From a virus (lineage: Duplodnaviria > Caudoviricetes), in the IMG/VR virus record IMGVR_UViG_3300029288_000101, positions 32,001 to 96,000 of that record: 64,000 nt of DNA; one strand, written 5' to 3'. Shown here one piece after another: positions 47,547-57,213 of this stretch. A program made the position numbers and the translations under genes. The first letter of the stretch is position 1; each line of letters begins with the position of its first letter. A model generated the notes under the pieces. The model worked only from the letters and a program-made list of their open reading frames with translations. It was not told where the DNA came from and did no database searches.

Positions 47547-48074
47547 TTACTCTTTTAACGATTTCTTTCTTGAATTTATTTGCACTCCATTATAAATATT
47601 TCTAATAATTGTTGGATCTATATCACCTGGAGATATCGTTAATGCTAATTTACTGAGTAGATCAGATTTTGATTTTGCGCTCCAATAAATCGATGACACG
47701 TAATCACGTTCCTTCACAAATTTATTCAAGATTTTACTTTTTAAATAATATGTTTTATCTATTCGACGCAAATCATCTATTTTATCGTTCGTGATTTTCT
47801 GTTTAGAATCAATCAATTCATTTCTTAAACGCTCATTCAATTTGCTCCTATAAACTTTAAAATCTAAAGTTTTTTCTCTAACTGTATTTTCAGCTTCAGC
47901 TAATAAAATTCCAAGTCTATTAAGAAACACTGAAAATGAGGATAGCTCTCCTAAAATTTGCGCATAATCTATCCTGAGTAGGGAATCAAGATCAATTTCT
48001 TCATCTTCATCCCACATATTAACCTTTATGTTAATTTCTTTAATCCCATCATATTTAACTTTTAGCTTTTCCAT
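47547..48074 (-). CDS. UvsY-like recombination mediator
   Basis: LLRIDY..I..EL, helical, AKSKSDLL; next to SSB and recA. Confidence 0.55.
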   Translation of the reverse strand: MEKLKVKYDGIKEINIKVNMWDEDEEIDLDSLLRIDYAQILGELSSFSVFLNRLGILLAEAENTVREKTLDFKVYRSKLNERLRNELIDSKQKITNDKIDDLRRIDKTYYLKSKILNKFVKERDYVSSIYWSAKSKSDLLSKLALTISPGDIDPTIIRNIYNGVQINSRKKSLKE

Positions 48075-48103
48075 AAATTATTTTGTTTTTCTTAAATATT
48101 TTA

Positions 48104-48481
48104 CTAAACTTTTTTTCTTTTAAATGAAGTATCCTCCCCAGCTAAAATTGACTTTGATTTTTCTATTCCAATTCTTTCCCTAAGCACACATTCAAGTAAA
48201 ATGCAATAATTTATTAAATCACCCAACTTTTCGTCAATTAAAGATTCTGCTGGAACTTTTTCTTCTTCTATTCTATCTATAATGTCCATAGTAGAAATAA
48301 AGTGTTTTACAAGCTGTCCAAAAAGAACTCTTTCAGGAATTACATTTAATATTCTAGCTCCTGCATGATAATGATGCAACCGATCTCCAGCAAAAGAATA
48401 TTCATTTTGTTTTTTTGCAAGAATATCAATTATCTTCTCGCAACGAGCTTTAACAATTTCATTAAATTCTTGTTCTTTCAT
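48104..48481 (-). CDS. MazG-like / nucleotide-modification-associated (DUF1599-like) protein
   Basis: KKQNEYS, KH, EKLGDLINYCILL. Confidence 0.65.
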   Translation of the reverse strand: MKEQEFNEIVKARCEKIIDILAKKQNEYSFAGDRLHHYHAGARILNVIPERVLFGQLVKHFISTMDIIDRIEEEKVPAESLIDEKLGDLINYCILLECVLRERIGIEKSKSILAGEDTSFKRKKV

Positions 48482-48502
48482 AAATAGTTTTATAAATAAT
48501 TT

Positions 48503-48772
48503 CTAAACTAAAGGATGTTCTCTAAATTCAGATCCTGGTTTTTCTGTTTGGACTTCTTCTTTATTTATGCCAACACCTATAATTTCTATTCTGCCTTCAT
48601 CAAACCATTCAGTCTCTGCACGTTTTGCTTTTTCACTGTCATATTTTTAGCCTGCAATACCATATGTATTACAACCGAATAAATGTTCGCATCTGCATAC
48701 AATTATGCCTTCGTATCCAGTAATTTTATCCTTTGCTTCTTTACCTAATTCATGTTTAAAAATTGTTTCCAT
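48503..48772 (-). pseudogene. small SH3-like phage gene with in-frame TAA at 48647..48649
   Basis: METIFKHELGKEAKDKITGYEG...GCNTYGIAG*KYD...WFDEGRI. Confidence 0.75.
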
Positions 48773-48820
48773 AATTTTATTTATTTTAATTAATAATTTA
48801 TTTTAATGTTTTCCCATCAT

Positions 48821-49477
48821 TTAATTTTTTAACAATTCTTCAATTAAACATATTAAACTTAATAATATTGAATCGTCCAAACGCAATCTTTCTTTATTAT
48901 TTTCAAAATATTCAGAAGGACTTGACAACCAACTAATAAATTTTTTCAAATATTCATCCAAACATTCAAGACTTCTACGATATTCTATTTCCACTCCCTT
49001 ATTACCTAATCTTTTTTCTTTTGTTAAATAAAAAACACAAGATAGCCAATCTCCTACTTTTACAATAAATTTGACTAATTCATTAGATTCTATAGTTGAC
49101 TTTTTAAAATAATCATTTAACCCTTGTTTTAACTTCTCATTCATTCTAAATTTTGTATAATTATCTAATACAGTTCTAATTGACTCGCCATTATAAGAAT
49201 TATATTTTACTGTATAATTAACATCAAAATCAAAAATTTCACAAACATCATGAAGTAAAGCATAATCCATTACCTCTAATAACAAAGATTTTTTATTAAT
49301 ACCTAATTCTTTTGCTAACAATCGGCTAAATAGAAGTACATTATAAGTATGTTCTCTAACGGATTCTCTATTAATTAATAACAAACCGTTGAAACGATAC
49401 AAATTATCTAAAATAATTAAATCCTTATCCTCTAAGAACTGTTGAAAGAAATTTCTTTTCTCGTTCACTTTTTTCAT
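48821..49477 (-). CDS. HD-domain 5'-deoxynucleotidase (YfbR-like)
   Basis: RF, ESVREH, ALLHDVCE, VKVGD. Confidence 0.85.
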   Translation of the reverse strand: MKKVNEKRNFFQQFLEDKDLIILDNLYRFNGLLLINRESVREHTYNVLLFSRLLAKELGINKKSLLLEVMDYALLHDVCEIFDFDVNYTVKYNSYNGESIRTVLDNYTKFRMNEKLKQGLNDYFKKSTIESNELVKFIVKVGDWLSCVFYLTKEKRLGNKGVEIEYRRSLECLDEYLKKFISWLSSPSEYFENNKERLRLDDSILLSLICLIEELLKN

Positions 49478-49784
49478 ATTTATAATTTTTCCAGCGTTGA
49501 TATGTCAAACATATTAATTTTGAAGAAAACTCTTTTGCATTATAACCAACTTGAAAATTTTTACTATTATATTTCTTAATATAAAATTCTTTTAATTTTT
49601 TTAGAGCTTCTTTTCTACAGCGACAAAGTATTTCTATTGTAAAATTATCATCACCAAAAATCCTTTGAGCATTTCTGAAATAACGATTATCTATAAATCC
49701 ATAGCCTTTTTCGCTTATACTTTCTGCAATAAATACTTTGTTATTTATAATATTTGTTATTTTAAAAATCTTCATAAACACCAA
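49425..49784 (-). CDS. degenerate GIY-YIG-like protein
   Basis: IFKITNIINNKVFIAE...FGDDNF...YIKKYNS...GYN; catalytic Tyr/Gly replaced. Confidence 0.6.
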   Translation of the reverse strand: MVFMKIFKITNIINNKVFIAESISEKGYGFIDNRYFRNAQRIFGDDNFTIEILCRCRKEALKKLKEFYIKKYNSKNFQVGYNAKEFSSKLICLTYQRWKNYKYEKSEREKKFLSTVLRG

Positions 49785-49864
49785 CCTTTTACTTTCATAA
49801 GAAAACTTTGTTATTTTACTTATTATAACACCACTAAATAACGTTGTTTATAAATTAGCAAAAA

Positions 49865-50140
49865 TTAAACTAATCCCAATCGTTCCATTTCTTTTATTGC
49901 AGCATAATGATTAAATGCTTTATGTCCACATGTAAATTGAATGAATTTTTCTTCACCTATATAAATTGCTAAATGATGCTTATTAGGAGACAAAGGAAAA
50001 GATTCTACGTCTTTTTTATCATATAATCTATAAACACCACTCGCAAAGTGGAGCATTTCACAATTTTCAAAATTTATAAACTGCTTTGCTCTGTCTGAAA
50101 ATCCTACCTTGGCTATTTGAATTAGTTGTTCTTTTGTCAT
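49865..50140 (-). CDS. hypothetical protein
   Basis: ORF track. Confidence 0.6.
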   Translation of the reverse strand: MTKEQLIQIAKVGFSDRAKQFINFENCEMLHFASGVYRLYDKKDVESFPLSPNKHHLAIYIGEEKFIQFTCGHKAFNHYAAIKEMERLGLV

Positions 50141-50177
50141 AATTTTTAATTTATATACAATATTACCTATTCACTAT

Positions 50178-50618
50178 TCAAAAATCGTATCTATGCAATT
50201 CTTGTAATTCAGCCACCTTTTCATCCCAAATTTTTGCTGATTTCGTTTCGTAACAATCACTACATAAAAATTCAGCAAAGTAACCAAATGATTCTTGTTT
50301 TTTACTACTTGGTTTCCTTTACTTACATAAAGCACACAGTATTGTAGCTTTATCTGCTTGTTCACACTCAACACAAATTCTTCTATCATCAACTAATATG
50401 TTACTTGAATAGACCAAGCTAGCAGCTTCCATTTGTGCTTTTTGGTTTATTTTTATATAATGAGGAAATATACTATTATCCTCAAGTTTACTTATCATAA
50501 TTTTATCACAGCATTTACATCTTTCTGCCTCAATAAGCATTTCAACATATCTACCTTTTTCATGAATTTTTGGAGTATAATTTTCCATCACTTTTTGTTT
50601 TAAATTAGTAAAAATCAA
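50178..50618 (-). pseudogene. zinc-finger protein gene with in-frame TAA at 50319..50321
   Basis: CALCK*RKPSSKKQESFG...FLCSDCYE...HRYDF continues in frame. Confidence 0.7.
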
Positions 50619-50625
50619 AATATAT

Positions 50626-50841
50626 CTACATAATTAATAACAAAGTGCCAACCTTATCATAATAGTCAATAAAATCAGATTTTATCTTGTTATCCCTTTT
50701 AATACGTTGTTGATATTTGTTTTCTATTAAATTATATTGAATGATTATTTCTTCAAATAATTTTAATATAAGATTTTTAACGGACAGTTTCATTGTTGAT
50801 TCCGATACACATTTAATTATTATATCAATCTTTTTTTGCAT
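50626..50841 (-). CDS. hypothetical protein
   Basis: ORF track. Confidence 0.4.
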   Translation of the reverse strand: MQKKIDIIIKCVSESTMKLSVKNLILKLFEEIIIQYNLIENKYQQRIKRDNKIKSDFIDYYDKVGTLLLIM

Positions 50842-51058
50842 ATCTTTTATTCATTAATTTTCCTGATTTTCCAAATGTGTGTTTTCATCAATAATTCCTG
50901 CTTCCAATAAATGTTTATAAATTTTATTTAATGTTTCTTTTGAATGTTGAGTAAATACATTTGGAAAACCATCCTCCGATACCGTAATTAAACAAATCGG
51001 TGTTTGTTTTTTTCAAGCATAATTTTGTCCAAAGATTTAATAATTCTTTATTTTCCAT
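50825..51058 (-). pseudogene. small gene frameshifted in an A7 run (about 51007..51013)
   Basis: MENKELLNLWTKLCL joins KQTPICLITVSEDGFPNVF after removing one A. Confidence 0.5.
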
Positions 51059-51068
51059 AGTTTTATTT

Positions 51069-51296
51069 TCAAGAGTTATAATTTATTTTATTTTCATACG
51101 CTATTTGTTCCTTAATAACAAACATATTTTCTTTAATGTAATTTTTTACATCACCATAACATTTATTGTTTTCATACAACCACAACAAATAACTGGCTGG
51201 GATATTAGCCATTGTATCACCTTTATATTTACCAAAAGGCATTATCGAATTATCATCCATAATAAATAAATTAAAATAAATTATTCCATAATCCAA
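51069..51296 (-). CDS. DUF3820-like small protein
   Basis: MPFGKYKG..MANIPASYLLWL. Confidence 0.8.
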   Translation of the reverse strand: MDYGIIYFNLFIMDDNSIMPFGKYKGDTMANIPASYLLWLYENNKCYGDVKNYIKENMFVIKEQIAYENKINYNS

Positions 51297-51713
51297 CCCA
51301 CATAAAAAGGAAAAACTGTATTATTATTGATACAAATGAATAAAAAGCGTTATATTTACCTTTAGCTTCTCCATGTTTTGCACAATTTAATATAAACCCA
51401 CCAAATAGTAGGCATAAAATAATAATCTTAGCTATTTTCATAATTTTATATTTAAGTTGTTAATTAATTCAATTTAAAATAAATTACTCCCCAATCCAAG
51501 CTAACCAGCTATTAACTATTGCATAAAACTTTTTAATTATTAAGCAATTATCCATAAATAGCCATAACATACTACTAATGATAGTAATTAAAATAAACAA
51601 TACTATTACCAATGGTACAGATAATATTTTTAAAAGTCTTTTTGCTGTTGCTTTCATATTATATTATAAGTTTAAAATTTTTAACTACGGCAATAAAATA
51701 GTTAGGTGTAATA

Positions 51714-51929
51714 CTAAGACTCACCTCTAAGTTCTCTGCGTTCTAAAACTTCACTTTTTTCCGTATAACCATCAATAAGTGCTTCGCCTATTTTATCCCA
51801 TGACACCCACAATTCAGTGCATGTTATATTACCTGTTTTTAATTTTGCTCTCTTGTTTAGATGAAGCATTATACCTTCTTTTGTTACATTACTATATCCA
51901 GTAATAATAATATCTTTAATTTCGCTCAT
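51714..51929 (-). CDS. hypothetical protein
   Basis: ORF track. Confidence 0.6.
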   Translation of the reverse strand: MSEIKDIIITGYSNVTKEGIMLHLNKRAKLKTGNITCTELWVSWDKIGEALIDGYTEKSEVLERRELRGES

Positions 51930-51945
51930 TTTAATTTATATTTAG

Positions 51946-52538
51946 TTAGTCATTTAATTCGTTCTTTGTATGTATCTCCGTCCAGCATTTCTGATTAATC
52001 CATGTTGTTAGCACTTTCCATTCTGGCACAAATTTACCAACTTCTTTAAAAGCCTTGCGCCATTTTATTTGGTTTTGTAAAGCTGGTAGGAGTTTAGGTA
52101 TTATCTCATTCCAATCCTTATTTTTATTTGTAAAGTTTTCAAACTCTTCATTTAATCCTCTTTTAGTTCCAATATAACTAACTCTGAATTTTTCAAATTC
52201 TGCTTTTAAATTTTCATTAAGATTAAGATTTTCATTAACATTTACATTATTATTAGCTTTTGTTTTGCTTATCTTTCGCTTCCGTTTCGCTTCCATTTCG
52301 CTTTCTTTTTACTCTTGTTTTGGTTGTTTGCCGTTAATATATCTTTGTCTATTTGCCTCTAATTGAGGCTTTATAAGAATAAATATTGTTTTAGAAATTC
52401 CGGTTAATTCAACTTCATTAAAATTTAAAGAGAACTCAAAAATTGCTTTAAAAACTTCATTTTGGTTTTGTTCTGGAAGCTCTTTTATTGCTTCATAAAA
52501 ACTCCTGTAAAAAAAATAAAACTATCTCTATTTTCCAT
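51946..52538 (-). pseudogene. DUF6291-family replication-initiator-like pseudogene
   Basis: MENRDSFIF/YRSFYEAIKELP...IKPQLEAN...NG; frameshift in T8 run near 52505..52512 and in-frame TAA 52309..52311; NNNVNVNEN linker; TWINQKCW. Confidence 0.8.
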
Positions 52539-52546
52539 AAAATAAA

Positions 52547-52700
52547 AAACCGGAAGGGTGCTGTTCAGGTAGCGGTACAAAGACACTCCCTTGCAGTTTA
52601 AAACTGCACACCCAAACCGGAATATTTTTATTGAGATTAAACATTGTACTATTGTAATTTGAACATTGCAAATATAAACAAATTTTCAATATAAAAAATA
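52547..52700 (-). promoter_or_regulatory. Bacteroidota-type promoter plus structured leader of the initiator-like gene
   Basis: TATATTTG at 52669..52676; leader CCGG...TGCAGTTTTAAACTGCA...CCGGTTTTTT. Confidence 0.5.
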
Positions 52701-52749
52701 ATTAGTGAACTTTTTTGTTAAAATTTTTTTTATAATAAAGGAATTTTCC

Positions 52750-53085
52750 TTAAACAAACTCGTGGTTTATATCTATATATTTTTTTATTTGTGTTGAATC
52801 TTGGTTGTTATCTACAATAGTTGCACAAGCTAAAACATCTAATTTTCTTAATGCTTTTTTTATTGCTGATAGTGATTTATATTCTTTAATTTCATGGTAT
52901 TTAAAATTACTATCTTTAAATCGTGCAGAAAAACTATGTTTAATATTAGGATTGGAATTTTCTACTTGCTGACCTGCAAATTCAGCGAGAAGCATTACTA
53001 CTTCTCGGTATGGTATATTTCTTTCAGAATTAGTCCATCCTCTTTCTTTTAAATATTCTATTACTATTTCAAAATCTATACTCAT
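52750..53085 (-). CDS. hypothetical protein
   Basis: ORF track. Confidence 0.55.
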   Translation of the reverse strand: MSIDFEIVIEYLKERGWTNSERNIPYREVVMLLAEFAGQQVENSNPNIKHSFSARFKDSNFKYHEIKEYKSLSAIKKALRKLDVLACATIVDNNQDSTQIKKYIDINHEFV

Positions 53086-53276
53086 ATTTTTATTAAGTTT
53101 TAATTTTCTGTTTTTATAATCATTTTACTTTTGGTAATTCTTTAAAACATTTATCACATTGCCTAACTCCATATATGTAGCGTTTAGGTTTTTTGCAAGA
53201 GCAAACTGAACTATTAATGTATAATAAGCGTAATTTCGCCTGATCCTTATCAAATATTTCTAATGTTTTCATAAAA

Positions 53277-53741
53277 TTTTTTTAATCTTTTTTTAAAGTA
53301 GAGCAATATTGTTGTTTACGCAAAGCTAACATTAGTCATCCGAATAAACACAATGATATTCGATAGTTAATTTAGCTTCTCTTGTAAATTTAAGATCAAC
53401 ATACTTTCCTTCTCTAACAATCTTTACTTTTTTACGCTTAAATTTCGCTTCAAGTTCTTTATTATCACTTATTATTTTAATGCGATAATCTTCTTTAAAC
53501 TTGTTGTAATCGACTGGATAAAGTTCTTCCACATCAAGTGAAATTTCATCTCCGATTTTAAATGGATTTGAAGTTAAATCATACATTGATGTAATTTGAG
53601 TTTCTTCTTCGTTGTCTAAATAAAAATGTATATTCATTTCGTTTAAGTTTATTTGATGTATATTTTATCTGGAAGTTTTTCGATTTCTGTTTTTATAAAC
53701 TTTTTTTTAATCTTTTTTTAAAATAGAGCAATATGGTTGTT
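53277..53741. repeat. about 40-bp direct repeats (53277..53316, 53701..53741) flanking 53332..53637
   Basis: TTTTTTAATCTTTTTTTAAA(G/A)TAGAGCAATAT(T/G)GTTGTT. Confidence 0.8.
53332..53637 (-). CDS. hypothetical protein
   Basis: ORF track. Confidence 0.65.
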   Translation of the reverse strand: MNIHFYLDNEEETQITSMYDLTSNPFKIGDEISLDVEELYPVDYNKFKEDYRIKIISDNKELEAKFKRKKVKIVREGKYVDLKFTREAKLTIEYHCVYSDD

Positions 53742-53949
53742 ATAAACTATTAATTTCTTTAATATAATCGTCAACATTTATTTCATCTAAGAAATTACAC
53801 TCATCAAATTTATCTGATAACCATTTGGAATAAGAAATTAACAGTTCACTTCGTTGCATAACAGCAAATATGGTTAATTTTTCAACAGCCGTATCGTTAT
53901 CAAACCCCCCCCCATTCACCAGTATCTCTATTATAACAGTTACATTCAT
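53740..53949 (-). CDS. hypothetical protein whose N-terminus lies inside an attC-like repeat
   Basis: LTIFAVMQRSELL encoded by the repeat arm and core. Confidence 0.5.
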   Translation of the reverse strand: MNVTVIIEILVNGGGFDNDTAVEKLTIFAVMQRSELLISYSKWLSDKFDECNFLDEINVDDYIKEINSL

Positions 53950-54025
53950 TTATTATTTTTTTTATTTCTTTTTTCATGTTTGTGTTATTTACGTTAAAAC
54001 TAACCATATTTGCGAACCGTTATAT
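53856..54025 (-). repeat. attC-like inverted repeat
   Basis: ATATAAC-ggttc-GCAAATATGGTTAGTTTT ... AAAATTAACCATATTTGC-t-GTTATGC. Confidence 0.7.
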
Positions 54026-54031
54026 GTAATT

Positions 54032-54400
54032 TTAATCCGAAATATTCCCGACAATTTCAAAGTCACCGATATGGTCTCCAAAAAAGAAATTACCATCGCA
54101 TCTATGGCATGAAATACAAATGTATTTAGTCGTAATGTCTAATTGAGCAAACTCAAATCCGTTACAATTTTCACACCAGACGATACATATTCCATCGGCA
54201 TCATAATCACCTTCAAAAACCTTTTTGCCATTTTTGTCTTTTTGATTAATAAACTGGCTTAATGATTTTGGCTCAATGCCAATCCATTTATTTTCGTCAA
54301 TTTCCATAAAAATATCATCTCGTTTTCTTTTAATGGTCATACTTTCGACCCATTCACCAGTATTAATCGATTTTCCTTTAAATAATATTTCTCTTTTCAT
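54032..54400 (-). CDS. YopX-family protein
   Basis: MKREILFKGK...WV, QF...DKNGKKVFEGD, EIVGNI. Confidence 0.85.
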   Translation of the reverse strand: MKREILFKGKSINTGEWVESMTIKRKRDDIFMEIDENKWIGIEPKSLSQFINQKDKNGKKVFEGDYDADGICIVWCENCNGFEFAQLDITTKYICISCHRCDGNFFFGDHIGDFEIVGNISD

Positions 54401-54528
54401 AATTTTTCCTCCTCATTATCAGTTTCAAAATGTTCAGGATTCTTAATTCTGCCTTTATTTGCTCCGTAGCCTAAGAGTATAAGAAAGGCTAACAAGGCTA
54501 TTATTATTACTGTCATAGATTTATTGGT

Positions 54529-54723
54529 TTAAAAGATTATTATAAAAACATTCTGCTTCTTTGTCTGCTTTTTGCATTTATAAATAATAATGTATTTGCT
54601 ATTAAACATATAAAACGAAGCTCTTTCAAAAGAAGTTAAACCGCCCTCAACCAGTTTTTGCATGGGACTTTTAATTTCAAATTCCTTTATAATTTCGTAG
54701 TCATGTTCACAAAATAATTTCAT
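54529..54723 (-). CDS. small hypothetical protein
   Basis: FCEHDY...YKCKK. Confidence 0.5.
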   Translation of the reverse strand: MKLFCEHDYEIIKEFEIKSPMQKLVEGGLTSFERASFYMFNSKYIIIYKCKKQTKKQNVFIIIF

Positions 54724-54884
54724 TTTATTTAAAATATAATAGGTTTTATATCAATTTCTCTTATTTTTAAATTTTTAGCATAAACAATCGCTTCTTTATC
54801 TGTATTACCTGGAATTCGTATTCTTCCTTTACAAACACCATCTTTAAATACAATTATATAATATTTTGACATATAATTTTTATT

Positions 54885-55118
54885 TTATTTAAAATATTTA
54901 CATTTTTCACAATTACCTAGTGCTAAAAATTGATTACAATCAATCGGTCTATTATTTTCTAAACAAACCGATTTTATAACACCAGATAAAATTAATTGTT
55001 TCATTACATAGTTAGCACCAGCAATAAATCCATCATATTGCCCCGTTGCTACTTCACTTGTTAAAGTATGATTTGCATACTCTTTTGCTTTTTCTTTAAT
55101 ATGGTTCTTCGTTATCAT
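54885..55118 (-). CDS. hypothetical protein whose N-terminus lies inside an attC-like repeat
   Basis: AKEYA, FIAGA, QLILSGVIKS encoded by the repeat arm. Confidence 0.6.
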   Translation of the reverse strand: MITKNHIKEKAKEYANHTLTSEVATGQYDGFIAGANYVMKQLILSGVIKSVCLENNRPIDCNQFLALGNCEKCKYFK

Positions 55119-55166
55119 AGTTATTAAATCTTAAATTACAACTAATTTTATCTGTAAACATTATGG
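54974..55166 (-). repeat. attC-like inverted repeat
   Basis: CCATAAT-gttta-CAGATAAAATTAGTTG ... CAATTAATTTTATCTG-gt-GTTATAA. Confidence 0.65.
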
Positions 55167-55349
55167 AGTAATTCGCTTCGCTTTACGACAAGGCGAATTT
55201 TTGTTTAAAATTTTTAGTGCTTTTTCTAATTGTTCAATTCTAATTTTAGTTCCATGAATTAAATCTTCATCTTTTAAATGTTTGAAATTATCCAAATGGA
55301 TTTTCTCATCCTTTAGTGCGTCTGTTAATATAAAAATAGCATACCTCAT
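55161..55349 (-). CDS. hypothetical protein
   Basis: Stop codon lies in the inverse-core-like site. Confidence 0.5.
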   Translation of the reverse strand: MRYAIFILTDALKDEKIHLDNFKHLKDEDLIHGTKIRIEQLEKALKILNKNSPCRKAKRITP

Positions 55350-55379
55350 ATTATAAAAATTTTAAATATTTCAAAAATT

Positions 55380-55586
55380 CTAAACCTTGTCTATTACTCT
55401 TTCGTTAATAAAATTAATGTAATCCTCTTGCGACATCTCCACTAATACAGAGTTTTTTATTAATTCTTTCGCAAATACATTCTTTTAAAATTAGTAATTG
55501 TTTTTATCCTCGCCCAGAATAAAATAGTCGGTTATTATTTTATCTATAAATTCTGGTGGCAGTATTAATATTTTTTTCTTTGCCAT
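55380..55586 (-). pseudogene. small gene with two in-frame TAA codons
   Basis: MAKKKILILPPEF...NNY*F*KNVFAKELIKNSVLVE. Confidence 0.5.
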
Positions 55587-55597
55587 ATTAAAATATT

Positions 55598-56105
55598 TTA
55601 AAAATCATCAACTATTATAATATATAGAATAAAACTTACCACTAAAATAAGAGATAACCAAAGCATTATTCCAAATAATAAATTGTTTGGATACCTACTA
55701 ATGCCATTAGGACAAGTTACCGATTCAGAACTTTCACTTTTCTCAAGTAAGGTTTCTCTTAATTTCATAAGCATATTACTTTTTAAAAGTGGCGATGCAG
55801 TATCGGGGATAGCAATAAGTTCGTTATATGAATTCTTTATGTTAATATACCAAAATCCTATATCTTCATTAGGAGTTTTATATAAAACAGATGTATAACC
55901 AGTCGTTAATTCATTTTTTTTCGGCATAATCAATAGCAATTTTTAATTGAGATGTTGCTATTTTAATTGTATTTGCGTCCGCCGCTCTTTTCAGATAACC
56001 TTTGCATTGTTGTTCAAATATAATGCTTTTTACAATTACTGTTGTTGCAGTTGATAAAAAAATAATCATCATAATTACTGCTAATACTGTCATTAATGTT
56101 TTCAT
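55598..56105 (-). pseudogene. membrane protein gene frameshifted in an A8 run (55914..55921)
   Basis: GYLKRAADAN...IDYAEK joins NELTTGYTSVLYKTPNEDIGFWY after removing one A. Confidence 0.75.
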
Positions 56106-56357
56106 TTTTTTAATTTTTGATTTATAATTTGGTTTATTTCTTTCTTTGCCATAATCTTAATTTAAAAAGGATATTTTAAATCATAACTTAATCTAATTCT
56201 GAAAATTGTCAATGATATAATTAGTCCGCATTCTTTATCAAATTTTATATCAAATTCTATTAATGAAAAATGTGAAGCATAATAAATTGATATTTCTTTA
56301 TACCATTTATTAAAAGATATTGATAATATTCTTTTCATATAATTTTTTATTTATTTT

Positions 56358-56720
56358 TTAAATTATAGTTTGCCATTCACACTTATCACTTATTGCGTTG
56401 CTTTCTTTCAGATCAACAATCATTTTAATTAATCCTTCGGAATGTTGCTGCTTGCGGAGTTCACTCAATTCGTTTTCTCTTATTATCTGCTTGTTTTCAA
56501 ACAAAATTAAGTATCTTTTGATGTCTGGTGTTTTATTGGTTGTTAACAAGTTTGTACACGATAACCATTCTACTAATGTTTTGCAATTAGTCATTTCTTT
56601 ACCTTCAAGCGAAATAAACCATTCTCCGCCATCGTGCCAGATTTTATATCTTTTCTTTGTATCTAAAGAATTAATAACATCTTGAATATTTAATGAAACA
56701 GTAATATCAGATTTAAACAT
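56358..56720 (-). CDS. hypothetical protein
   Basis: ORF track. Confidence 0.55.
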   Translation of the reverse strand: MFKSDITVSLNIQDVINSLDTKKRYKIWHDGGEWFISLEGKEMTNCKTLVEWLSCTNLLTTNKTPDIKRYLILFENKQIIRENELSELRKQQHSEGLIKMIVDLKESNAISDKCEWQTII

Positions 56721-56723
56721 ATT

Positions 56724-56948
56724 TTATGTATTTTTAATTAAAATAGCTTTTCGGTTCGGAATATCCACTTCATAAATTGTCCCGCATTTACAATGACAAG
56801 GAGAATGTCTATTGACATCAGCTAATACATTATCAGGGCAATTATCTAACTCATAAACTTCCAAAAAACAATCTCCACTTTTAGTTTGGAAATCATTTTT
56901 CTTTCCGCATTTTGGACATTTTACTAAAACAGTATCAAATACTCCCAT
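56724..56948 (-). CDS. small zinc-ribbon protein
   Basis: MGVFD...CPKCG...FQTKSGDC...CKCG. Confidence 0.7.
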   Translation of the reverse strand: MGVFDTVLVKCPKCGKKNDFQTKSGDCFLEVYELDNCPDNVLADVNRHSPCHCKCGTIYEVDIPNRKAILIKNT

Positions 56949-57213
56949 AATATATTTATTTTAATGATTAAATTTTAAATTTATTAATCACAATACTGTG
57001 ACATGGTTTCATAAAAAGTTTTTACCATCTTTTCAAATTCTGGCAAGTCAATATCTTTACTCACATTCATATCAATTCTGTTATCAATATTAATTAATCT
57101 ACATTGATACATTATGCTAATTCTTATTGCCATTGATTTATCATTTTGAAACCTTCTTAAATTATAAAAGAGTATGCCAACTTCATATATTTTCTTTTTT
57201 CATTTTTTTGTTT

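Noticed and set aside
48104-49477. Z-genome (DatZ/MazZ) system
   Set aside because: No PurZ in the window; the TS-family and aGPT-Pplase genes point to thymine modification instead
53277-53741. Diversity-generating retroelement TR/VR pair or IS ends
   Set aside because: Repeats are short and intergenic; no reverse transcriptase or transposase in the window
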